From positions 1-64,000 of the IMG/VR virus record IMGVR_UViG_3300017782_004332: 64,000 bases of DNA. One strand, 5' to 3'. The notes under the pieces were generated by a model. It did not search any database. It was given only the letters and a program-made list of their open reading frames with translations, and was not told where the DNA came from. Shown in pieces: positions 1 to 9,027 of the stretch; position 1 is the first letter of the stretch; each line of letters opens with the position of its first letter. The DNA is from a virus. Both the position numbers and the translations under genes were made by a program.

Positions 1-8
1 ACCTATGG

Positions 9-947
9 ATGGCTGTAGGTTTCCTATTCGCAGGTTACGCAGTTATCGCAAATGATTCAGTTCAAACATTGGGCACTTGGATCGCATCAAACAACGACAA
101 ATTCAATTGGAAAGTTATGTGGGGAGCGGCTTCGGCTGTTCTACTTTATACACTCTGGTATGGTTGGTACACTAACGGTGGAGACATCAGTTACGGACGA
201 CTAAACAAAATACCGTTCCAAGAGATACAATGGTACCATGCTATGGCACCAGGACTATTATTAATACTTACAAGGATAGGAGTACCAGTTAGTACTTCTT
301 TTTTAGTATTAAGTGCATTCGCTAGTACATTTGTGCTAGAGAAGATGCTTGTTAAAAGCATGATGGGTTATGCTGTCGCGGCTGTGGCGGCGTATGTTAT
401 TTGGATAGGTGTAACTAAAATCCTAAACGAAGCAAACCCTGTCAAAGAAGAACATAAACGATGGTGGAGAATAGGACAGTGGGTAACCACAGGCTTCCTA
501 TGGTTCACTTGGTTAAGCCACGACATGGCAAACATTGCCGTGTTCCTACCTAGAGAGATACCTTGGGATCTAATGGTTATGATTTCACTTGTGTTTATTA
601 TAGGCTTAGGCTTTATGTTTAGAGAAGGTGGAGGTAAGATACAAAATATTATTATTGAAAAGCACAACACAAGATATGTTCGTAGTGCTACAATAATTGA
701 TGCGGTATACTTTCTTATACTATTGTTCTTTAAAGAACTAAACGATATTCCAATGTCAACAACCTGGGTATTCGTAGGATTACTTTGTGGACGAGAACTT
801 GCTGTGGCAACAATGACAGGCAAGGAAAAGTTTAAAACAGTGTTTCCGTTGATTACCAAAGACTTCATCAAGATGATGATAGGACTAGGTGCTTCAGTAG
901 GCGTAGTGTTAATGATACATTATGTTATTGTACCTAACGGATACTAG
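9..947 (+). CDS. Polytopic membrane protein, PiT/PHO4-like putative phosphate/anion permease (may extend upstream of the window)
   Basis: About 9-10 hydrophobic segments. ANDS and HDMAN motifs resemble the duplicated PiT signature; PVSTS/PMSTT internal repeat. Confidence 0.5.
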   Translation: MAVGFLFAGYAVIANDSVQTLGTWIASNNDKFNWKVMWGAASAVLLYTLWYGWYTNGGDISYGRLNKIPFQEIQWYHAMAPGLLLILTRIGVPVSTSFLVLSAFASTFVLEKMLVKSMMGYAVAAVAAYVIWIGVTKILNEANPVKEEHKRWWRIGQWVTTGFLWFTWLSHDMANIAVFLPREIPWDLMVMISLVFIIGLGFMFREGGGKIQNIIIEKHNTRYVRSATIIDAVYFLILLFFKELNDIPMSTTWVFVGLLCGRELAVATMTGKEKFKTVFPLITKDFIKMMIGLGASVGVVLMIHYVIVPNGY

Positions 948-960
948 AACTACAAGTCAT

Positions 961-993
961 AAAAATAGGGTGCCTTAAGCACCCTATTCTTTT
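961..993. terminator. Bidirectional intrinsic terminator
   Basis: aatagggtgc-cttaa-gcaccctatt hairpin with A/T tails, between convergent genes. Confidence 0.8.
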
Positions 994-1002
994 CTTTAAT
1001 CT

Positions 1003-1488
1003 TTAAATGTTATCTTCTGTAGGTACTATTGATCCATTACCAAATAAATCAACAGCCTTCCAAGCAGAATACTTCTTCCACTTAGGTACTGAAGGCTCAG
1101 CATCATTCATGGCTAATAAAAATACTTTATCAGAAGCAACTTTGGCTTTTTTAATTAACTCTGCATCTTCCTTGTCCTTCATGTTCCAACGATATTGTCT
1201 AATACCTTTGTATAGTAGGTCGTGGATGATAGCCGCTCTTGCTACATCAAATGGTGCTATTGCCCACCACATTGCTCTTGGTACTGATGCTAAATCAGTA
1301 ACAAATCCCTTTGGTACTGTAATAGTTTCTGTTTTGTTAGTTTCTCTTTTTACTTTAATACCAACACCTTTAAGTGCATCGATTTCATCTACAGTTAGAT
1401 CCTGTGTAGTATATGACAGATCTCTACCCAATACCCATTTACGTGGGGGGTTAAACTCTGCCATGATCTTATTATTAAATGTTCCCAT
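1003..1488 (-). CDS. DUF1353 family protein
   Basis: VPKGFVTDLASVP ... AAIIHDLLY motifs. Confidence 0.8.
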   Translation of the reverse strand: MGTFNNKIMAEFNPPRKWVLGRDLSYTTQDLTVDEIDALKGVGIKVKRETNKTETITVPKGFVTDLASVPRAMWWAIAPFDVARAAIIHDLLYKGIRQYRWNMKDKEDAELIKKAKVASDKVFLLAMNDAEPSVPKWKKYSAWKAVDLFGNGSIVPTEDNI

Positions 1489-1567
1489 AATCCTTTTCCC
1501 TCTTGTTAGTAAACCTTTTGTATGAATATTTATTTGTAATTACCATAAATATTGTTAGGAGAGCATA

Positions 1568-1828
1568 ATGAAACGCACTACAAAAAGCATATTACAAGAA
1601 CTAAACGACATGAAGGCTGAACCATTGGTAGAAAACGTGGTTGACAGCCGGGCAGTACATGTTATAGAATCTGCTATAAATGTAATGAAAATGATACGTG
1701 AGAATTTTGATAGTGATACTGCTTCGGATTTAGAAAAACGTTTTATCAATAGCATCAAAAGTGCTGATCCTCAAAAGTTTGCACGTGGAATAAAAAACTA
1801 TAAAAAAGGCAAATATAATGCTGATTGA
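1568..1828 (+). CDS. Hypothetical phage protein
   Basis: ORF with AGGAG RBS and upstream TAAATA. Confidence 0.7.
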   Translation: MKRTTKSILQELNDMKAEPLVENVVDSRAVHVIESAINVMKMIRENFDSDTASDLEKRFINSIKSADPQKFARGIKNYKKGKYNAD

Positions 1829-3056
1829 AGAATTTAATAAGATACAAGAATCTGCCGAAGGCAAAAATACACATATGGAACACGTTGAAGAAGAAATTCT
1901 TAATCGTGGTAAAGAAGGAGCCGAATATGCAATCAAGCAAATGATGATGTTTGCTGATATGCTTAAAGGACGCTCAAACAAAAAATTAAAAATTAGCGTA
2001 AAATGGGACGGTGCTCCCGCAATCATTGCAGGTATTGATCCAGAGAGTGGTAAGTTTTTTGTTGGTACTAAAGGAGTGTTTAATGCTACACCATTGCTAG
2101 GAACTAGTCATGATGAAATTGATAGATTATATGGAAAGTCTGGTGCATTACCCAAATTACATTTAGCATTTGAACATTTAGCCAAAATAGGTATGACAGG
2201 AGTTTTACAAGGTGACTTCTTATTTGACCAAGGAACATTACGTGAAGAAACAATCGATAGTCAAGAGATGCATACTTTTAAACCTCAACTTATCACATAT
2301 GCTGTTCCAGTTGATAGTGATGTTGGAAAGCGTATTGCAAAAGCAAAAATAGGTATAGTATTTCATACAAGATATACAGGCGAAACTTTAGCAACATCAA
2401 AAGCAGAATATGGCATTGAAGTAACAGATTTAAAAAGGCACCCTGATGTATTTTTCGATGATGCGTTGTTTAAAGATTTAACAGGCAGTGTGTTGATGAC
2501 TCGAGATGAAACAGCACAAGCGAAACAAGATTTGGCTGATGCAATGGCCGCTTATAAAGCAGTGCCACTTGTAGTATGGCAAGCAATGGAACAAAATGCA
2601 GAATTTGTTCCAGCATTTAAGATATGGATTAACACAAATATTAGACAAGGCAAACTAGCAGGTGACCCTGGAGAATTTTTGAACGGATTCATTGATTGGT
2701 ACAAACAAAGAATAGAGGCCGAAATAGCAAAACTTAAAAATCAAGATCCTGAAAAACCAGCAGTTAAGAATAGAATGCAAAAAATTAATAACAACTTAAA
2801 CTTTATTAATTCAAACAGAAAAGGCCTATCAAGTATTATTGTATTCATGAATGAGATTACTAATCTAAAAATGCTATTCATCAAAAAGTTAAACAACATT
2901 GAAAGCATAGCACATTTTTACAAAACAACAGATGGCTACGAAGCAGGTTCTCCGGAAGGCTATGTAGCCATCGATCACTTAGGTGGTGCAGTTAAGATAG
3001 TTGACAGATTAGATTTTTCACGCAGAAACTTTACTACTCCTAAGGACTTTAGTTAA
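1818..3056 (+). CDS. DUF6267-like T4-like phage protein
   Basis: KNTHMEHVE, VKWDGAPA, PEGYV and KIVDRLDFS motifs typical of this marine myovirus family. Confidence 0.7.
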   Translation: MLIEEFNKIQESAEGKNTHMEHVEEEILNRGKEGAEYAIKQMMMFADMLKGRSNKKLKISVKWDGAPAIIAGIDPESGKFFVGTKGVFNATPLLGTSHDEIDRLYGKSGALPKLHLAFEHLAKIGMTGVLQGDFLFDQGTLREETIDSQEMHTFKPQLITYAVPVDSDVGKRIAKAKIGIVFHTRYTGETLATSKAEYGIEVTDLKRHPDVFFDDALFKDLTGSVLMTRDETAQAKQDLADAMAAYKAVPLVVWQAMEQNAEFVPAFKIWINTNIRQGKLAGDPGEFLNGFIDWYKQRIEAEIAKLKNQDPEKPAVKNRMQKINNNLNFINSNRKGLSSIIVFMNEITNLKMLFIKKLNNIESIAHFYKTTDGYEAGSPEGYVAIDHLGGAVKIVDRLDFSRRNFTTPKDFS

Positions 3057-3940
3057 TGAGTGAATTTAAATTTATCGATTTTGTTACTGAAGGAAAACTA
3101 GTACGTAACGACACAATGGAACGAATGTCATTTACTGATGTAAGTGATCTTGTTTTATTATACTTTCTTGCACTTCAAACAATGCGTTACTATCCTCAAT
3201 CAAGAAAATTTGTAACAAACTATGCAACTGATGTATTGAAATGGAATGATTGGTCGAGGCATAGGTATAGTGGCAATGACATGTACAATTTACTTACTAT
3301 CGTTGATGGTGATAAGAAGATAGTAGAAAAATTAAAAGATCCAAAGAGTGCATTAATAATGCGTGAACGAACTTATTTCCCTACACTAACTGCCAAACGT
3401 TTATTACGCGACATGGCAAGTGGAAAATTACCTAGCATCGGAGATGCTGGTGATATAATGAAAATTGATTCTTCACTTAAAAATGGAATTACAAGTTACA
3501 GTGTTCTAAGACGTAAGGTATCTAATTACATACGAATGAATAACTTAGAAAGAAAAGACACAGTAACACGTTTAGAAAATGCTCTTAAAGCAAGAGGTCG
3601 TAACAGTGATCTAGTTGACTACTATATTATGTTTATTATGAATTATGATCTCGAAAGTAACAGAGTAAAAGATACTGAACCAACAATTAGTATTCCAGAT
3701 CCAGTTGAAGCAGATGTTAAGGATATTAATATGCTAAGATTACTAGGAGTTCCAACTAAAGATTTACCTTTCGCATACAAGGCATTGAGTATTGTAAGTA
3801 GAGGTCAAGCGTTACCTCCTCGGTTCTCACAAGCGTATAAACCTATTATGCAAATAATAGATGACATAGTTAAGGCAGGTCCTGGGTATGTAAATCTATT
3901 AAAACAAGTACATAATAAAGCAAAAAAGGCTAAAAGATAG
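3056..3940 (+). CDS. Hypothetical phage protein
   Basis: 294-aa ORF translationally coupled to the previous gene. Confidence 0.7.
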   Translation: MSEFKFIDFVTEGKLVRNDTMERMSFTDVSDLVLLYFLALQTMRYYPQSRKFVTNYATDVLKWNDWSRHRYSGNDMYNLLTIVDGDKKIVEKLKDPKSALIMRERTYFPTLTAKRLLRDMASGKLPSIGDAGDIMKIDSSLKNGITSYSVLRRKVSNYIRMNNLERKDTVTRLENALKARGRNSDLVDYYIMFIMNYDLESNRVKDTEPTISIPDPVEADVKDINMLRLLGVPTKDLPFAYKALSIVSRGQALPPRFSQAYKPIMQIIDDIVKAGPGYVNLLKQVHNKAKKAKR

Positions 3941-4040
3941 CCATTTCTCCTAATTTTTCCAAACTTGACTAAATAATATTACGTTGCCCACGGAGCGTGG
4001 GAAACGCCATTTAAGAGACTAAAACTAAAGGAGAAATAAA

Positions 4041-4373
4041 ATGGCTGGAATAACAAAAGTAAATCAAGACGGACGCGATCATGGCGTTCAATACTCAACA
4101 GCACAAATCACAGCAGTTGAAATCGATGCAATCGTATCATTAGCGGCAAAAGACGGCGTTGATGGAGCAGTTGCTCAAATCGTTGGTGAGTTTTCACCAC
4201 TTATGTACAAATCAACAGGTACAGCAGGTAAAATTTTTGCTGTAATTGATGGACATGGTCAAACAGCGGCTTCAATGCAAGTACGCTTACAGAACATGGG
4301 TACTGTAGACGGTGTTGATCTTTCAAGTGCTACTGTTACTGCACGTGACTTAGACGCATTTGATGCATCATAA
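4041..4373 (+). CDS. Small putative virion (head decoration-like) protein
   Basis: Strong RBS, TAAATA upstream, terminator downstream, Ala/Gly/Val-rich. Confidence 0.55.
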   Translation: MAGITKVNQDGRDHGVQYSTAQITAVEIDAIVSLAAKDGVDGAVAQIVGEFSPLMYKSTGTAGKIFAVIDGHGQTAASMQVRLQNMGTVDGVDLSSATVTARDLDAFDAS

Positions 4374-4407
4374 TAGTTAATACTATTACTACTATTAACA
4401 TAGTAGA

Positions 4408-4441
4408 GAAAAGGGCGGACTTTTTTGTTCGCCCTTTTTTT
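4408..4441 (+). terminator. Intrinsic terminator
   Basis: aaaagggcggac...gttcgccctttttt. Confidence 0.8.
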
Positions 4442-4460
4442 ATGACTAAATAATAATACA

Positions 4461-4510
4461 ACGTTCAGGCGACATAGCCCGGAAGTAAGCAACTATGCTG
4501 AAGGAACGCA
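4461..4510 (+). ncRNA. Glutamine riboswitch (glnA RNA motif)
   Basis: CGTTCA-ggc[gacata]gcc-CGGAAGTA-agc[aactat]gct-GAAGGAACGC: P1 CGTTC/GAACG, P2, E-loop and P3 match the glnA motif consensus. Confidence 0.8.
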
Positions 4511-4534
4511 CTTAACTGTAAAAAGGAGAGTGTA

Positions 4535-4726
4535 ATGAACAGATACGATTACCTACTTAAATCATACCGTGAGCAGAAAATGAGAGAACGCAAGGATAAA
4601 ATCCTTATGAAATCTCGTAGTGAAGTAAACGTGTATGGAAATGGTACATCTGGATATACTGTTACTGCTGGACCAAATTCTGGTAAAGTTTTGAAACATA
4701 TATCGATTAACCATGATAACAAGTAA
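4535..4726 (+). CDS. Small basic protein under the glutamine riboswitch (possible GS-inactivating-factor-like)
   Basis: AAGGAG RBS, 63 aa, own terminator. Confidence 0.7.
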   Translation: MNRYDYLLKSYREQKMRERKDKILMKSRSEVNVYGNGTSGYTVTAGPNSGKVLKHISINHDNK

Positions 4727-4737
4727 TAGAAAGTTTA

Positions 4738-4768
4738 ATATAGGCGGCCTTTGTGTCGCCTATTTTTA
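4738..4768 (+). terminator. Intrinsic terminator
   Basis: ataggcggc-cttt-gtgtcgcctat followed by T-run. Confidence 0.75.
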
Positions 4769-4801
4769 TAATTGCACTTTACATACTCCATAAATATAAT
4801 C

Positions 4802-5212
4802 ATGCAGATCACTATAAAAACATTAATAGATATAACCAAAACAGGAGTACGTAGACACGATTCTAAGGATCCTGTTAAGTTGTCACAACAGGCTAATTTT
4901 AATACATTGCAACAAATTATTAATCTTAGAGGTTTGATTGAAGCGAATGCAGACCCAAGTATTGAAACAACTAAACTTAATGGAGAGTTTGGTAGCAAGT
5001 TTAAAGGCGAACATAAAGTTTGGACATACGATTTTACTATTGATAGAGACGAAGTATATAATGACGGTGCCGACGAGTTAGGCTTGTTAAAGGAAGATTT
5101 CGATGGAATACCTGTAGTAGGTGCTCTTACTGAAACTATTAGTAAACCTAGTGTTTTTAACGTAAACGGTAACACCGATAAAAATATTTTAATCCAAGTA
5201 AGTGATAAATAA
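4802..5212 (+). CDS. Hypothetical phage protein (start reassigned to ATG 4802)
   Basis: TAAATA-N5-ATG; begins MQITIKTLIDIT. Confidence 0.7.
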   Translation: MQITIKTLIDITKTGVRRHDSKDPVKLSQQANFNTLQQIINLRGLIEANADPSIETTKLNGEFGSKFKGEHKVWTYDFTIDRDEVYNDGADELGLLKEDFDGIPVVGALTETISKPSVFNVNGNTDKNILIQVSDK

Positions 5213-5303
5213 CTTTATAGGCACACTATAATAAAACATCTAACAAGGCAAAAATTAGGCTCCTGTTAACAATATACCCTGAGCGGGTTTAGGAGAATAT
5301 AAG

Positions 5304-5540
5304 ATGGCTAGTGCCACAGACTTAGAAAAAGAAAATTTAGAAGCACATGTTGATCTATGCCAACAGCGATATGATCAACTCGAGAGACGACTCGGCAATG
5401 TGGAAGAAAAAATGGAATCCATTCACAATGATATGGGCAAGTCACATGCATCACTCGTTAAAGTTATCATAGGAACATCAGGAACAATCGTTGCCGGCCT
5501 ACTTTCTACAATCGTAGTAATACTCATTAACCTTTCTTAA
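5304..5540 (+). CDS. Coiled-coil protein with C-terminal TM helix (holin/hemolysin-like)
   Basis: LEAHVDLC coiled coil followed by a hydrophobic C-terminus. Confidence 0.6.
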   Translation: MASATDLEKENLEAHVDLCQQRYDQLERRLGNVEEKMESIHNDMGKSHASLVKVIIGTSGTIVAGLLSTIVVILINLS

Positions 5541-5554
5541 AACTAAATACTAAC

Positions 5555-5833
5555 ATGTTGTTAGTAGAATTATTTGATGATCTTAAAGAAAAGCAGATCT
5601 GGGGAAGAACTGGTAAAAAACTAGTTCGTAAGTATCGTTGCATGGGCGGTAAACGCCATGGCCGTATTGTATCTAATCCGGCACAATGCTTTGCTCCACC
5701 TAATATTCAACAAAAAATTAGAATGAAAATTACACGTAAGAAACTTGGTAAGCGTATGGCTATGAGAGCAAAACGTACCAAGCGTACGAATCCAGCAAGT
5801 AGAGCATTAAAGTTTTTGAATAAAAGAAAATGA
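5555..5833 (+). CDS. Small basic protein (paralog of 5985..6323)
   Basis: KYRCMGGKRHGRIV..CFAP. Confidence 0.7.
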   Translation: MLLVELFDDLKEKQIWGRTGKKLVRKYRCMGGKRHGRIVSNPAQCFAPPNIQQKIRMKITRKKLGKRMAMRAKRTKRTNPASRALKFLNKRK

Positions 5834-5988
5834 AGATAGTAGAAGTTGTTGACATAAGATATAGTGCATTTGATAAACCAGGAAAACAATTTGTGATTGG
5901 TGATGTGTACGGTAAGAAGAATTTAAAAGTACCACATGCAAAATATGTTGACAAAACAAACAAGCAAAAGAAGTTTTTAAAGAAATGA
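5830..5988 (+). CDS. Small hypothetical protein (52 aa, not in ORF track)
   Basis: MKIVEVVDIR...KKFLKK; ATGA overlaps with both neighbours. Confidence 0.6.
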   Translation: MKIVEVVDIRYSAFDKPGKQFVIGDVYGKKNLKVPHAKYVDKTNKQKKFLKK

Positions 5989-6323
5989 AAATACAAGAAC
6001 TATTAGAAGCAGATACAATTTACAAGCGTGGCGGCGGCAAAGGTGGTACACACAAAGGCCGAGTTCAATCACGCAAGTTTCGTTGTATGAGTGGTCCCCG
6101 TAAAGGACGCATTGTTGCTAATATTAGTACTTGTCATGCACCCGTAAAAGTTGATGCTAAACAGAAGATGACAATTACTAGAGCAAGAGCACCTAAGAAG
6201 GCGGCATGGCATGCAAAAATGACTAAGAAAAGTAGTGCAGTATCAAGAACAGTAGCAGGACTTAATAAACAAAAAGGCGCTCACACTCCAAAACCAATTA
6301 AACGTGCAAAGAAGGCAAGATAA
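5985..6323 (+). CDS. Small basic protein (paralog of 5555..5833)
   Basis: KFRCMSGPRKGRIV..CHAP. Confidence 0.7.
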   Translation: MKIQELLEADTIYKRGGGKGGTHKGRVQSRKFRCMSGPRKGRIVANISTCHAPVKVDAKQKMTITRARAPKKAAWHAKMTKKSSAVSRTVAGLNKQKGAHTPKPIKRAKKAR

Positions 6324-6721
6324 TGAGAATTAGTGAATTAGGAATACCGCTGGCAGTAAGTGCAAAATCGGCACTTAAAAACAAAACTCAATCTAGTACA
6401 AATAATTTAGCAACTGCTACACCAGATCCAAAGGATCAAACAAGTGCTCAAGGAACTGTAGGAACAATACCTGCAACACCTGATCCAAATGACAATACCA
6501 CAAACAAAACTCCACCAATCGGATCAAACACTTCGAACCAAAACACTGCAAAATTTATGCGTGGAACCGAAGTTGATGTACCAAATGCAGATAATCCAAA
6601 TGCACCAGAAAAATATATTGTAAAAGCAGTGCAAGGTGACGAAGTAGAATTAAAACCAAAAACGGCCAAACAAGGTTTGCCAAAAAGTATCAAATTTAGT
6701 AAAAAAGATCTTGCTCAATAG
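6323..6721 (+). CDS. Hypothetical protein
   Basis: Coupled ORF with a low-complexity T/P/N linker. Confidence 0.65.
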   Translation: MRISELGIPLAVSAKSALKNKTQSSTNNLATATPDPKDQTSAQGTVGTIPATPDPNDNTTNKTPPIGSNTSNQNTAKFMRGTEVDVPNADNPNAPEKYIVKAVQGDEVELKPKTAKQGLPKSIKFSKKDLAQ

Positions 6722-6746
6722 CAAGTAGTTTGTTATAATAACTTAT

Positions 6747-7238
6747 ATGAAGCCTGACGTCAAAAAATTAATCGATACGTTTCAAGCGACTTTAGCATCT
6801 GTTAAATTAGATCTTAAAGCCAAAGGATTCGTGCTACCTCAATCTCATGAAGGAGGTATTAAATTCTTGCATGTGTATGTTAAGAAGAATGACAACGGAG
6901 CATACGATATAACCAATCTACATAATCCAAAGATTAGGTATTATAATAACGTATGTGTACATAAACTTGCTATGGCTATAGCAATTAGACTAGGATTAAA
7001 ACAAGAAATATCTAATATAACCAATATATTAGAATTAGACAATCGCTATTGTCATCACCTGCAAAATATACGGATATATAAGTATACAATCAAAAAAGCA
7101 CTTGAAGTGGAAGATAGTATAAAAGTTGATATAGTAACAAGTAGAATGGATCTACACTATGATGCCCTAATACCGCTCAAGGATGAGGTAAATACAATTC
7201 TAAACAGTGCTGAAAAATTGCTGTTTGACAATAAATAA
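6747..7238 (+). CDS. Hypothetical protein
   Basis: ORF in operon context. Confidence 0.65.
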   Translation: MKPDVKKLIDTFQATLASVKLDLKAKGFVLPQSHEGGIKFLHVYVKKNDNGAYDITNLHNPKIRYYNNVCVHKLAMAIAIRLGLKQEISNITNILELDNRYCHHLQNIRIYKYTIKKALEVEDSIKVDIVTSRMDLHYDALIPLKDEVNTILNSAEKLLFDNK

Positions 7239-7252
7239 AGCATATAGGGGAT

Positions 7253-8614
7253 ATGAAAATGAAGACATCGGATTTTATGAACAAAGTCACTGTAGACGGT
7301 TTAAACGCAAAGTTGCGTGAAAATCATGGTATATCAGTAGACGTTGCAAAGTACAGTAAGGCTCAACTAGAGCAATACAGCAAAAAAATTGAGGCTAAAC
7401 TACACAAATTTGAAACTAGTAACAACTTCAATGAAAGTTTAGTTAATGAAAATTATCATAAAACCAAATTAATCCACAAACTTATCGAAACTGCTATCAA
7501 TCAATACTTAGATGATCCCCTTGAAGATGATTTAGATATCGAAATCGAAGATGTTGATGTAACTGATGAAGACGTAGCAAGAGACTTTGCAGAAGACGAA
7601 AAAGAAGAAGAGCCAGAAGCAGACGGAGAAGAGCCAGAAGCAGACGGAGAAGAGCCAAAAGAAAAAGAAACTATGTCATCTATGGCAATGGCCGCTTTGA
7701 GATCTATGATGGACAATCCAGAAAAAATGGCATTGGCACGTAGAGCAATTGATAAAATTAAAGATCATGAAAGTGCCGCTACAATTACTCCACAAGAAGT
7801 AGATGCTATTAGAGGCCCATTAGAAAAATTCTTCTTACCTATTTTAGATAAAGGAATGTCAGGTGTTTCTAGAACTAAACCTGTTATGAAAACATTAGGT
7901 GCCGGAGCATATGAATCAGTTCAAGAAGGAACATACGAAAGTATGCCATCAAAAGCAGACGTAATGAAATGTTGCAAAGAAGGCATGAGCAAAAAAGATA
8001 TTTGTGAAAAATATTCAAACTGTGATCAAGACAAACTAAAAGAAATGTGTGAGTCTTGTATGAAAGAGATGAAAACTATGAAAGAATCAGAAATTAAAGT
8101 TAATAAAAAAGTTATTAAAGAAGGCGAAGAAGATAAAGCGGCATTAGTAATGGCTTCAAAAGATATGGTAGATAAGTTTACTTCATTCTTAGAAGACGTT
8201 GCTGAAATGAGTGCTGAAGGTATGCTTGAACTACAAGATCAAATCAGAGATGAAATGGGTCAAGAACAAGCAGAACAATTTACAAATACAATTGGTCCTG
8301 CTTTAGAAACTACAATCGAAACTTTAAAAACTGCACGTGAAACACTAACAAAAGGTGTTGGCATTATAACAGGCGAAACTGCTCCAGATGATACAATTGG
8401 CGCAGAACCAGATATGCCTGCAGATGACGCAGTTGCAACTGATCCAATTGATCCAGAGGGCGACGACATGGCTCCAGTGGATGATGAATTTGGTGCAAGT
8501 GATGCCGCAGTTGGAGGCGCAGATCCCGAAGGCAGAGAGAAGCGTGAAAGTTATACACCAAAGAAAAAATCAATCGCAGAGTCAACTAGAATTTTTTCAA
8601 CTTTAAGTAAGTAG
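7253..8614 (+). CDS. Acidic prohead core/scaffold-like protein
   Basis: Highly acidic and helical, many LxE/IxE sites, TAAATA upstream. Confidence 0.5.
   Translation: MKMKTSDFMNKVTVDGLNAKLRENHGISVDVAKYSKAQLEQYSKKIEAKLHKFETSNNFNESLVNENYHKTKLIHKLIETAINQYLDDPLEDDLDIEIEDVDVTDEDVARDFAEDEKEEEPEADGEEPEADGEEPKEKETMSSMAMAALRSMMDNPEKMALARRAIDKIKDHESAATITPQEVDAIRGPLEKFFLPILDKGMSGVSRTKPVMKTLGAGAYESVQEGTYESMPSKADVMKCCKEGMSKKDICEKYSNCDQDKLKEMCESCMKEMKTMKESEIKVNKKVIKEGEEDKAALVMASKDMVDKFTSFLEDVAEMSAEGMLELQDQIRDEMGQEQAEQFTNTIGPALETTIETLKTARETLTKGVGIITGETAPDDTIGAEPDMPADDAVATDPIDPEGDDMAPVDDEFGASDAAVGGADPEGREKRESYTPKKKSIAESTRIFSTLSK
7607..7657 (+). repeat. 21-bp tandem repeat (EEPEADG x2 plus partial copy)
   Basis: gaagagccagaagcagacgga twice, then gaagagcca. 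Confidence 0.9.
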
Positions 8615-8623
8615 GAGATACTA

Positions 8624-8968
8624 ATGAGGCTGTTTGAATTTTCAAACAACGCTGTGAGTGATTTGATTATCTTACTTAGAAATCAGATTAAAAGAGCAGA
8701 TTCGACACATTCGTATGCTATGCTTTCTTGGGAAGCAATTAATAACCTTATGACTGATATGGGTCACGGAATATACAAATACGCTGACTTTAAAAATGCC
8801 TATGACACAGTTCCTGCATTAAAGCAAATTGTTAAAAACTTTAATCAAGATGGAATAACGTTAGCCACATCAAAAGAAAGTCCTAAAGAAAAACCTTTAG
8901 ACATCGATGTAAAACCTACAAACACAGTAGATCAGATGGCAAAACGAGCAACAAAACGTCGTTCATAA
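8624..8968 (+). CDS. Hypothetical phage protein
   Basis: AGGAG RBS; ends VDQMAKRA. Confidence 0.7.
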   Translation: MRLFEFSNNAVSDLIILLRNQIKRADSTHSYAMLSWEAINNLMTDMGHGIYKYADFKNAYDTVPALKQIVKNFNQDGITLATSKESPKEKPLDIDVKPTNTVDQMAKRATKRRS

Positions 8969-8969
8969 C

Positions 8970-8999
8970 TTGACATTGCTTAGTCAAGTAGTGTATAAT
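8970..8999 (+). promoter_or_regulatory. Sigma70-type promoter overlapped by an inverted repeat
   Basis: TTGACA-N18-TATAAT; ACTTGAC..GTCAAGT palindrome at 8968-8989. Confidence 0.7.
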
Positions 9000-9027
9000 T
9001 AAACTTACATTGAGAGATTATTAAAAA

